64,000 bases of DNA. It comes from Klebsormidium nitens (lineage: Eukaryota; Plantae; Klebsormidiophyceae). The notes beneath the pieces were generated by a model. The model did not search any database and was not told the origin of the DNA. It saw only the letters and a program-made list of their open reading frames with translations. The DNA is taken from positions 1 to 64,000 of the forward strand of contig DF237007.1 in the NCBI GenBank assembly GCA_000708835.1, written 5' to 3'. The translations under genes and the position numbers were made by a program. Shown here in pieces: positions 35,801 to 46,800 of this stretch. How positions within the stretch are numbered: the stretch's first letter is position 1; each line of letters begins with the position of its first letter.

Positions 35801-38800
35801 CGATTGTGAGGTTCAAGTCTACGATCGGGCTTCGAGGTGGTCGAGCGCTGCTCGCAACCACTGTCCGCCCGCCCCCCTGGCCGTGGTTGTCGTTTCCATC
35901 ACTTTTCGAGTCGCCCCCCATGGCGCCGTCGCTCGGAATCTGCTCAGGTTTGCTGCTTGAGTCTGGTTTAGGATTCGGCGGCGTCCGTCCAAACGGCCCG
36001 CTCTCCTCCGGAACTTGTTCACCGAGGGCCGCGGCGGTGGTTCCTCCCGCTATGGTGCTCCACGCCATGTCGGCAAGTGTGGGGGCGCCAAGTGGCAGCA
36101 GCCGGGTCGGCGAGAGGTCGACGATGTCAATCGGCCCCGGGGAAGGGACAGGAGCCTTGACTAGCCCAGAACGGGGCTTCTTCACATCGGTAGCCCCCTT
36201 GCCAGGAATCTCATCAGTATTAGCGCCGACCTGCTGAGCTCGCTTTGCGTCCATTCCGTCTGCTCCCTTCCTTTCCACTTTTGACGCCCCCCCGGTAGCA
36301 GGACCTTTCTCATCAACCGCGAGCTCCTTTTCTTTGCCCTTCCTGCTCTTGTTCTTTTCCCCCTTCCCTGCCCCCCCCTCTCTCTTCGGCTGCTGCCTAG
36401 CTGGCGGTAAGCCCTTGCCCTTGCGCCCACTAGGCGCCAGCATGCTACCCGCCTGCTTGCTGTCTGCCTCGTCTTGGGTGCGCTTCTCGGGGCCCCATAA
36501 ACTGCGAACGGGACGCCCAGGGTTCTCAGCTCGCGCGGGCTCGGGCCTGTCAGCCCCGTTGTGACCGGTGCTCTGAGTGGGCTGCTCCTTCTCTTCCTTC
36601 GACGGCCTGCCAGGAGGATGAAAGAAAGCGATCAGAACATGAAAGAAGTAAAGCCTTTAACATCAGGAGCAATTGCCTCGAAGTACCTGATAGTCAGACA
36701 CGTTTTAAGGCAGCAAACGCCTTCTTGAAGGAGCGTCTTTTCTTGCTTATGTGGCTTTTTTAAATGCCCACTAGTTGAAAGAAGGGCAACCGGGATCACT
36801 ATGGATGTCTCAACGTGTCGACTGCAACGCAGATGTGCCCGCAAGCTTTCACCTGCCACTCCACAAGACCCAACTTAACTCAAAACTACCTACCTGTGTG
36901 CTGTGCTCCGAGTCGGCTGCTCCTCTATCTGCAGCGCCAGCCCCTCCTCGTCTATTTCGGCGACCGCCGGGCCCGGGCTGAAGACGGGGCCCGTTTGAGG
37001 CCTCTCTACTGACGAGAAGCTCCACAGCCCGACGCTCGCTCCACAGAGACCGCAGTCTAGGACGACTGAAGTGAGCGACGGCGTTTGGCTTTGGGGGGTT
37101 GCGGGGAGCAGCCCGAGGGGAGGCGTTGTGGGGTGCGAGAAGGGGGGAAGGATGCTGGCGGGAAGTAGACGGGGCTCCCAGCCACAAATGGCAATCAGGC
37201 GTAGGGACTGCAGAGAGAAAGACGAAGGCAAATCAGCATGCACGGAAAAGGGTGGATGATAGGAGATCCTACAGGAGGCGAGAAGTGGATGTCCTACAGG
37301 CACAGTTGTGACGAAGAGCAGAAACGAATTGCTTTCAGAGAATGTAAAGAACCGTTAGAAGGGTCCCCTCAACAAGGAACGAAAAGCAGCATTCAACATT
37401 GAAGCAAGCTTCCCGCACCTCATTCAGAGTCACATGCTACACGGATTGCACGAAGTCCAAGTCGGGTTCCTGGTCAAAGTGCACCAACCCGGATCATTTC
37501 AGGGACAGGTGGCGGCGCCAGGTGGCCAAACTTGGCGGAAACAGGTAGCATGTTCAATCAGAGCGGATACTTAAACAGAAAGATAACGACTCCCCACCTC
37601 GAGATATTGGCTCTGCAAAGCGCTACCCGCCCCCGGACCTGGGCTCGTCTCAAGGTCTTTCAGTGGGGAAGAGGGCCCTTGCTCCAGCAACTTCGTGACC
37701 TGTGGACCTCGAGATGCCCGCTGCAAACAAAGCACCGAAACAGTGCTCAGGCGCTGCAATATCGTATTATCACCAAAGATGTGCCGTTCTCCCTGTTGGT
37801 TGTTCAGAACGTCCAGAATCAGCGAGCATTTTAGATTATACCTCAATATTCTTGGCAACCTTGCCCAACAGACTGAAACTTTCAAGGCAGCAAACGATAG
37901 GTAGTCCATCTCGAAGGTCAAGCGTGAATCACTTACTTGTGCAAATTAAGTGGTCATAAAGGATAGCCTTGACAAAGAAGAGCAATCCAGGTCCTCCGCC
38001 AGATAAAGCATTACCTGGTTGGAGCGAAGCCTCGATCAGCCGACCTGCGGCACTTTTAGTTTGCCCTCATTCTCAATCTCTGATCTGGGGTTCTTCAAAG
38101 GAGTGTGGTCAGGAGCGGGGATTTGCTTACCATTGTCTCAAGCGCTTCTTTGGCCACAACAGGCAGCCCTGGGAGCTCCATCAACCTCTCGCACCGCTCG
38201 CTGAAGGCAGCCTGGAGGGTGGAACTAGTTGTGGGCGGAAACTGCACGAGCGCCTCAGGGCACGTATTGCCCTGCCATGCGCACAGCTCCCGGTGCGCGG
38301 CCTCTAGCTTCTTGGCAAAGTCTTCTGCGGCCTTGTTTGCTGAGTAGTGCCAGAGAGGAAAGCGTCAGACTGCTGTAGATGGCAAGGATTATGGCAGGCT
38401 GAATTCTGGGTTGTAATCGATTGAGTGACCGCAGAACTGCCTGCAGAAAATGATTCTGAGGGGATGGTTCTAGCAGAGAAAGCAATCAGTGCGAGATTGT
38501 CCAAATAGCAGGCCTTTGCGGAGCCTGAATTCGTAGTTGCTTTACAACGTCACTGAGAGCTCGAGTATATGGTTGCTAACGACAAACGGTTCCTCGTACT
38601 GCAGCAGTGAGCCAATCAGATAAGAATCATCTTTAGGGAGGCATGTAATCAGCAGTACTTCCTTGTCAAGTACAACCAAACAAAAAAACAAATGGAGCAC
38701 TCGTTCGGAACCCACCTTGCTGGCGAGACCAGGTCGGAGGGACTACAAAACTCAGCTGTGCTCCGCAACCCTCGCATGCAAGGAGGTCGCTCTCGATGTT

Positions 38801-40122
38801 GACCCATCCCCTCCGAGCACAGGCCACAGGGCCGGCAGCCTGCATGAAGTTAGCAGATCGGGATTGAGGAGGGCCCGGAAACAATGAAACATACGTCGCC
38901 CAGCTTTATCACAGCTGTGAGTGCAACAAGAGCAGGTGCATCCAGGGAACACCGATACAGCTTGTCCAGAAGGGTTTGTGCGGTTGGCGTAATCACTGGC
39001 AGGCAAACATTCCAACAACCTGCACATTACGGCGATGCCAACCCACACCTTGAAGCACAAAACGTTCATGATTGGGGTTGTGTTTCTGCTGCCTGGTCAG
39101 GGTGTGCTCGTTGACCTACCGGAGGTTTCCCAAACCACGTACTAGACTTGAAAGTTGCAAGGCGGCGCAGCAAGTCCGCCCTTTCCCAGGGCCGACAGAC
39201 AGGGACAAAGGAAGTTGGGGTTCCTGCTGACAGGCTTTGTTCCGAGTGGAAGTCCCGGCCGGCGCCCGGTTTTGCAGGGGTTCGACGAGGGGCGATTGCC
39301 GAACTGTCAAGAAACATAGCTTGTCTTGATAACGGATGGAAGACTATTCGCTTCTCAAGCTACAAAACGGTTAATAAACCCTTCACCAGACAAATCAATA
39401 CTCGTCTCGGTGCTGCTGGGATACTTCCTAGAGGAAACGGGTGGACTGTACTTTGCCAGATAAGTTGCACGAAATGGTGGACCAAAGATGGATGCAGTTC
39501 ATTGGAACATCTTGAGAGCAATGTTCTTCATTCCCAGTGCTGGAGTTTGCGTAGAAGTTTGTTGATGAGAAAACAACGACAAAGCTTGCAAAGAAAGTAA
39601 ACCAACTGGCAGCCATCAAGAGTGCCGTGCATGATGCATCATAGATAAATATTGATTGTAACAATTGAAATAAACCGAGTCAATAAAATGCAAACAGCGT
39701 CACGATGGTGTAAGTCCTTCAAAATTGGCATTGAAGGTCTAACAACAGATGATAAAATCGAAATTGGGCAGGTTGCTTGTTGAGAAACGGAATGCATACT
39801 TTTCCAGAGTTGAGATGGAGCGCCATAATTGTGATCATTGCAGTCTAAGCGAACACTCAATCCATCAAAAAAATCACCAAATGCTAAACACATTCCCTCA
39901 ATACAGCTCTGCAAACCCCACACTAACCATACAAAACCTCTGACAATGCAGGGTACTCCTGGTGCGCAACAACAAGTTGCTTCCACATTTGTAAATGAAG
40001 GTGCAAAGGACCACCATATGGATAAAAGCAACATACCTGGCGGCGCGTGACGTCAGCGCCTCGAGCTGCAAAAGCTTGTCCATTGCGCTCTTGAAGCGGC
40101 CATCGGAGCCGTTCCCTCCCAT
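32837..40122 (-). CDS. C3HC zinc-finger / Rsm1-domain protein (NIPA/ZC3HC1, plant ILP-like) with a very long low-complexity middle region
   Basis: N-terminal zf-C3HC motifs: CRPWERADLLRRLATFK (39210-39150), CARRGWVNIESDLLACEGC (~38800), H-RELCAWQGNTC (~38280). C-terminal Rsm1-like EFDPLRQHRHFCPWVN at ~33330. ATG at 40122. The last exon (~32915-32837) is less certain; the unspliced ORF stops at 33019. Confidence 0.8.
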
Positions 40123-40840
40123 GACTCCCGTTAAATCAGCTCTCAACCCCGTCAGCAGTCTCCAGAAAATTCTTTTTGCCACTATTTCTGCAGCAGCACC
40201 CTTGACTGCCCCATCAACGATGGGACTGCTTACGAGTTGTGCACCTTTGAAACCACCACAGGACCACCACTGCCTCGGCCTGTAACACCGCCTGGTTTCT
40301 ACACAAATTTGAGATTTTGCAAGTGCTGCCCTAAGGCTAGGGAAGAGTCTTCCTCATCAAGGTCCACCTGGATCGAAGAGAACTTCAATGGAGCGTTGCG
40401 CTCTGGACAATGAAAGTTGACACAGCTTCCCACCTCATGGGATGCATAAGACCTATGGAAGTAGGGGAGTTTCGAACAGTGTCAATCTCGTCAAACATGG
40501 GCTGCACTCAGGAAGTCACACATGCAGGCCTGACTTTGCACTGCACAGCTGCGTACAGCTCACGTCTTGACAATCGGTCTCCTTCGCATATTTCCGATTT
40601 CGTGATATCAACAGGGCGGTGGAAGGCAGCTGCTAGTGCTAGCTGAAGAGCGCCTACCCCAGAACTCAGGAGATTCATTCTTTCCTATTCCTATTTGGAA
40701 GTGAGTGCTCTTCAGAATTGTCGTAATCATCCCGCCCCTACCAGCGTCCTCAGCATTGCATGCGCGTCTCGCGCCCTTTTACAATTCTCACAAAGTTCCT
40801 GCAAATCCTGCACTTTGTGACCATCTCTCTGGGCTCTTTT
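40123..40840. promoter_or_regulatory. Divergent intergenic region between the NIPA-like and mTERF genes
   Basis: About 720 bp between inferred start codons on opposite strands. Confidence 0.35.
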
Positions 40841-43800
40841 ATGGCCTCTTCCGCTGCCTTTTGGACCACGTTCCTAGACTTTCTAATCTGTCCCGGCTGC
40901 GGACAGCCTCCGAGACGAGGTTTGAGGAGGCGCACCGCGGCACTGGCGTCTGCTGATGTTATCCCTTACTACGGTGCCTCTTTCGAGAAGGCGGGGGGGC
41001 CGGCAAAGCAATCACAGAGCAGCAGGAAACATGAAGTGGTAAATGGGGTAGCCAGTGAACAACTAGAGGGGAAAGAAAGTGGGCAGCGCCGCCAGGCCAT
41101 GTATCTAGGGGAGGGGAGAAAGTGGCCCGCCGTAGATGAGAACGTCCGCTGGTCAGACACAGCTTCACAATCTGCGTCGGGTTCATCTGGTCGCAATACA
41201 GATGGGGCGCTTTTCTCCCAGGGGGGCGCTTCTTTGTGGCACTCTGAGGGGGACATGTCTGGGGCTCAACAGAGCCCCTCGCTCAGTTCCCGCTACCTCA
41301 GAGTGGCAATGTATTTGCGCGAGCAGGGCCTTGTGTTGAACCGGGCGATCCACCGGTTTGTTGGGGAGCAGTCGCTGCCCGAGGTTCAGGCACTGATGGC
41401 CGCTCTGCGGGGGGTGGGGTGCGAACAGGCGCAGGCGGTCAGTATGATTCAAAGGTGGGGCTGGTGTTTACTGTCACTGAATTGTTTAAAGCTTTGAAAT
41501 TCTTAGGAATTAGCGGATGCTGTCAGTATGGTGGAAAAGTGGGGGAAGTGTTCAATACAGTGAATTGTTCAATGATTTGGGAATTGTTGACTGCTGTCAG
41601 GATGGAGCTAAGGTGGGGGTGGTGCTCCAATTGAGGTTCTGGGTTTTCTTGAATTGCTTGATTAGTGGCGAATCTGGTCACCACCATAGAAAGGAGTCCG
41701 GAGTCACAATATTGATGCACTGCGGAAGGGTGCTGTGGAAAACTTATTGTGCTTGCTCACCCCCTAATTTCTGCCCTCCTAGTTGGTCCTTCAAGTTTCC
41801 AATCTGTTTCTTAATCAGAAGTGGAGTTGAAATTGAAGAGCAGATTGCCCTCAAGTCTCCCTTTCAGCAGGGTGTGTTTTCCTGCTTCTTCAGGATCTTG
41901 GCCGATTCAGGGGTATCTGCTTTGAACACTGGACGTTGAAGTCGATGTCTTTGTTTCATCCATATCTCGACACTCATCTCTAAAGTTGAATCCACCCAGC
42001 ATTTGAAAAACCTGTCTGTGCGCTGGCGGGTCTGCTTGTAATTTCAAGTACCCTACAGTTCCGGTGATTGGAGCACTGCTTTTTCCTGAATCCCCCTTCT
42101 CTTCTTCACAACTCAAACAAGCTCTGAGATGTGCAGACTTTTTGTTATACCGTCATATTGAATTTCAAATTTTCCCTTCTTCAGGTGTCCCCGCCTTCTC
42201 TCCCAGAGCCCCTCTGATATCCTCGCTGCCGCCAAGTACCTGGAAAGCATCGGGGTGGATAACGTAGGCAACGTTGCGGCGGCGTTCCCGGAGGTTTTGG
42301 GACCGAAGGCGCTCGGCTACCCGGCCGCGGTTGAGTGCCTCAGGGGCTGGAGCTTCTCTACGGCAGACATTATCTCCATTGTCAAGAGTGAGGGGGAGCT
42401 TGCAAAGAATCGGTTTTGGGTCAGTTTGCCTGGGTTTTGTCCTATTCTGAATATGATCGGACTCTGTATCTGCTTTACGTGAAGTTTGGGAGAGCGGCAA
42501 GTTCCAGGCTCTGGGACTGCTGATACTGTCTGGATTGCCAAAAAGCAGGAACACAAGGAAATTGCATTCTCGATTGCTTGCCATAATCAGCCATCAAATA
42601 TTCAGCATCTTGTCTCTCTGAAGGTTTGAGCTTCCAAGAACCTATTGCACTCATTCTTGAACCATCACATTGATGGGTGCTGTGAACGTTTATTTTCCGC
42701 AGAGGCCTTCTCAAACTGTGAGTATGAAGGGCGTAATCGCCCTCTCACTGCAACACTTGCGACAGTGGACTTCATTTCAGACGGAATTTCATGGATATGG
42801 CTTCTTCAGAATAGAGGTCAAAGGACTTGATTGAATCGATTCTCTCATCCGAGACCCTTATTATCCGTTCCGATGCTTTCCATGTCTCTTTTTTATCTCC
42901 TGTTGATTTGTTTCGTAGTCTTGAATCTGGTGTGAGTGTAGAAAAAGGTCTGCGCTGAAACGTAGAATGTGAGGAAGCGGAGCTTATGCACGCCACAAAT
43001 GGATCAAGTGCAACGTGCAACCTAGCAAGAAGGAAACATATTTCGTTCCTTCCTCTACGGCTGAATAAATATAACTTTTCTTCAGGCCCAAACAATGTCG
43101 AAAGAGGTATGTCAATCACAACGGAGTCCTCCATTGTCCCTTCATTGTTCAAGCCGCCATAATTCGCGGGCTTCCGAGCCCCAAACTATCAAGTTCGTTC
43201 TCAAAACTCAGGGTCCAATTTTTTCTTTGTCCTTTTCAGGCGACGCACGCGTTTTGTCCATGCCCGTTCCCGCCCTTCTCGACCGCCTCCTCTTTCTAGT
43301 TGGTCAAGTGGGCCTCGACGAGAGCGCTGTTGCGCGCACCGTGACGGCTTTCCCGGGCATCTTGTGCTACAGCGTCGACAAGCATCTGCAGGTGAGGGGG
43401 GGTTTTGAAGGCTCGAGACTTCACCCCCCCTTTTGACCAGTGACGACGATGATGTTGGGCTTGTGTCGCTTGATAGAAAGTGAAACGGGCACGCGGTTGA
43501 AAGAGATAAGTGGCCCGCTTCGAGTGGCGCGCACTTCCATCGTGCAGTTAAGTTGCGCTCACGAGGAGACCCTTTCCAGTTTCCTGCTTGGAATGCACTC
43601 GGTGCCACGAATGGTAAGAGGAGAACGAAAGATCGTTGAAACAGATGAAAGCATTGTTGCCCCGACATTCTGTACGTTTCCGACTGTCTCTGCTCCACAG
43701 TACGTCTCTTTTCGAAACTTCTGGCCCATATGACGCTCCGTCTTAACCTTCTGAGGCTCTCAAAACCGTAAGAAACCCTTCATGGGCACATGATCACGCT

Positions 43801-46800
43801 TCCTTCCTGCTGCAGCCTCGCTTGGAGTTGCTTCAGGAGCTGGGGTTCAGCACGCCCCAGATCGCAGGGCTCATCCGGCAGTACCCGCGCCTCTTCAGCT
43901 TCAGCCTGCACAACAAGGTGGCCCCGACCCTCCAGGTGAGAGGAGCGGAGTACTCAAAACTTTCCCGATATGCTTGTGATGACGTCCTCACCGCCTAAAA
44001 CGTTTTGTGATAGAATTGTTGAGCGCTGCAAAGGAGTTGGGTGAGCGGAGACCCGAAGAAGACGTTTTACGAGGAAAAAGGTGTTGGGATTGGAATGAGG
44101 AGTGTTTGGATGTGTCAACGCATCGGTCTGCAACGAGAAGTCTTGCGAGTATGCAACGCAATTCTCGTGAGCAGGTTATGAAAAGAGTGAACTGAGAAGA
44201 GAGGAGGCCAGAGATTCCGAGGGTCTTGACGGGTTACGAGAACGGGAATTTCTGCGGAGGGGGGCCCTTAGGAATTTTAGATAAGACCCACTTATAAAGT
44301 TCGTGGAGCGTAAAATGCAGTACAGTCCCGTTCGATGCTGGCACCTCAGGGTTTGGGGTGGGATCGAACTCAGAAACCATGAAGCGAAGATCCTGCCGCC
44401 TGCTTAGACGAAACCGTGAACCGTTGAATTCTGCGACTTTGTGTGCCTCTGCGCCCTCAAAAGGGTCGCGATCGGGGTCAAGGCGAATATCAAACCCCAG
44501 AGGCCAGTAAGTCCTTTGTACTTTCTGTTGGATCAAACCTCGGAACTCTGAAGCGCAAAATACCCTGCGGTTTCTGCTGGAGCTGGGCCCTTAGACGTTT
44601 GAGGACAAAGGACACTTTTTTTCAATTGCAACATGCGGACTTCCTGTGCAGTTTCTGCTGGAGCTGGGCCTGACGGACGCGGAGGTGGTGGACTTAGTCG
44701 TGCGCAAGCCGGTGCTCTTCGACTGGCGCACCAGCATCGACGCCTCGCTGCGGCCAGCGGCAGAGTTCCTCGAGGTAAACAGCCGCTCAGATCTCGACCA
44801 ATTTTTGACAATTCTATCCTGACTCCTCCGTTTCATGGGATGCTTTTCAAACGGCGAAGCTGCAGCGTCTGCAAAGTGTCGGGTTGGTTTCATTGATGCA
44901 ACCTGCCGTTCGGACCTCAGAGTGTGAGGACTTAGTCTGTACCTCGGTTGGACCTTGAATGGACCTGGCGACCGGAGGGTTAGGGTTAGAGTCCGACTTC
45001 CGCACTCGTTTTCGCGCTGGCTTTCTTCCCCGATGCCGACCTTTGCTTTACAGAGCTCGATCAATCCGGGACCATTGAATGTCAACCGCGATCCTAGTCA
45101 AATGCAAAGATAACATCAAATCTTTCGTGCCAGATTAGGGAGCCTCTCACAGTTCGCCCTATAGGCATCGCCGTTGTACTCACTTTCTGCTTTCTCCAAT
45201 TCGTTTCTTGGCAAAAAGTCCTTCCCGCTCCGCCTCGCACTCTTTGGACTCAGGCTTTATCACCCCTCATTGCCAGGAAGTCGTCGGCAGTCCTCGTGCG
45301 ATGCGCAAAGTCGTCCTCCGGGAGCCACGTGTCCTCCTCGCGCCCGCCGCCGAGCAGCGCGCGATGTGCGACAGGTGGCGCGAGCTGGGCTTCTCCGAGA
45401 AGGAGCTCCGGAAGGCGGTCATGCGCCATCCCGCCGTTCTAGTTCGCGGGAGCGCGTGGAACGCGGAAGCGAAGATCGAGTACTTTCGGGACCTGGGGAT
45501 GACGTCACACGACATCGCGAACGTGCTGGCGGAGAACCCGGGGCTGTCGCTGGGGGCGATGGAGGAAAAGGTGGGGCGGTGTCAAGAGTTCTGAGACTTT
45601 TATTCCTAATCTCCATGGAGAGGTCACGTGGTGGGGTTTGGGAGCGCTGTGAAGCGCCACGAGATACGAGTTGCTTCCGAGACCATAAGAACAGGTTTGC
45701 CCTGAAAAGATTCTGGTAGTTGTCCACATTATTAGGCGTTTTTTGGGGAGTTCTGGATGCAAACCGACCGATTGCGGCAATCCCCCTTCATAGGCGTAAA
45801 CTCCCGCTGAGCTACGACGGGTCCAAGAAAGAAACATTATCTGTTTGCTTGCGTTTTTCCGCCTTTTCCGATCATGCGAGTCAACAAGTCCAGCTTTTGA
45901 AAGGATTTGCCTTCGCTCAGACTGACGCTGCCCACTTTTGCGAAGAAAGATCAATGATTGCTTCATCTCGGGCTGCAGGGTGTTCGTAAGGTTGCACTTT
46001 CGCCTACCTCAGATCGAGGCCGTGTCCAGCTGCTTTCTCGCCTGGATACAATCTTACCCATCTCCTCGAGCACGGTCGCTCCTGCCTCATTCTGCAGGTT
46101 GGCTTGTTCCACGTGTGAGCACAATCGGAGCCGAGTACACACGCTGCGACGTGACCCGTCGGTTAAGTTCTACACGAGTTAACCGCGCACTGACTGCTCT
46201 TTCCATTTGGAACGCAGGTCGGGTTGTTGCTTGAGTTTGGCCTCACCGAAACGCAAGTCGTGACCATCCTCGCACGGTTTCCCGCCACTTTCCAGACCAG
46301 CTGCGACAGTCTGGACGCCAAACTCCGCTTCCTAACACAGGAGATGCGCCGCAGTCTCGACGAGCTCGTCAGCTATCCGGCGTTCATCAGCCTCAGCCTG
46401 AATAAGAGGGTAAGCCTCATAACGAACGCCTTAAAATCTGCCGGTCGCTTTAGTGAATCCTGCTGATGGGAAACGAGTTTCTAGCAGCGTCAGCCTGAGG
46501 CAGAGGATGAGGTGTGACGAAGAAGTCTCTTTTTCTATACGCGCACTCGTTTAGATAAAGCTCCTCAGAAGTTCGGTGAAGGCGCCTTCTCGCTCTGAAC
46601 GTCAACCTGTCGAATGAAGGAGTAGGAAGATAGCGAAAAGGCAGGAAACAAAACCCCCCAGGCACACACGCAGACAGCTTCTCTTTCTCAGCTAGACCGC
46701 ACATCGCCCTCTCCGCAGTTAAGACCCCGCTGGCTGATCCTCCAAGACCTGGGGCTAACTTGGAGTCTCACCAAAGCGTTTGCCCGGCCGCATAGCGCGT

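Noticed and set aside
33105-36237. Many long plus-strand and alternative-frame ORFs (e.g. 33978-34640, 35406-35960)
   Set aside because: Shadow ORFs of GC-rich low-complexity exons of the minus-strand NIPA-like gene; no independent motifs
6129-44985. Isolated telomere-like or telo-box words (AACCCTAAA at ~6129, TTAGGGTTTT at ~20651, TTAGGGTTAG at ~44980)
   Set aside because: Single intronic copies, expected by chance
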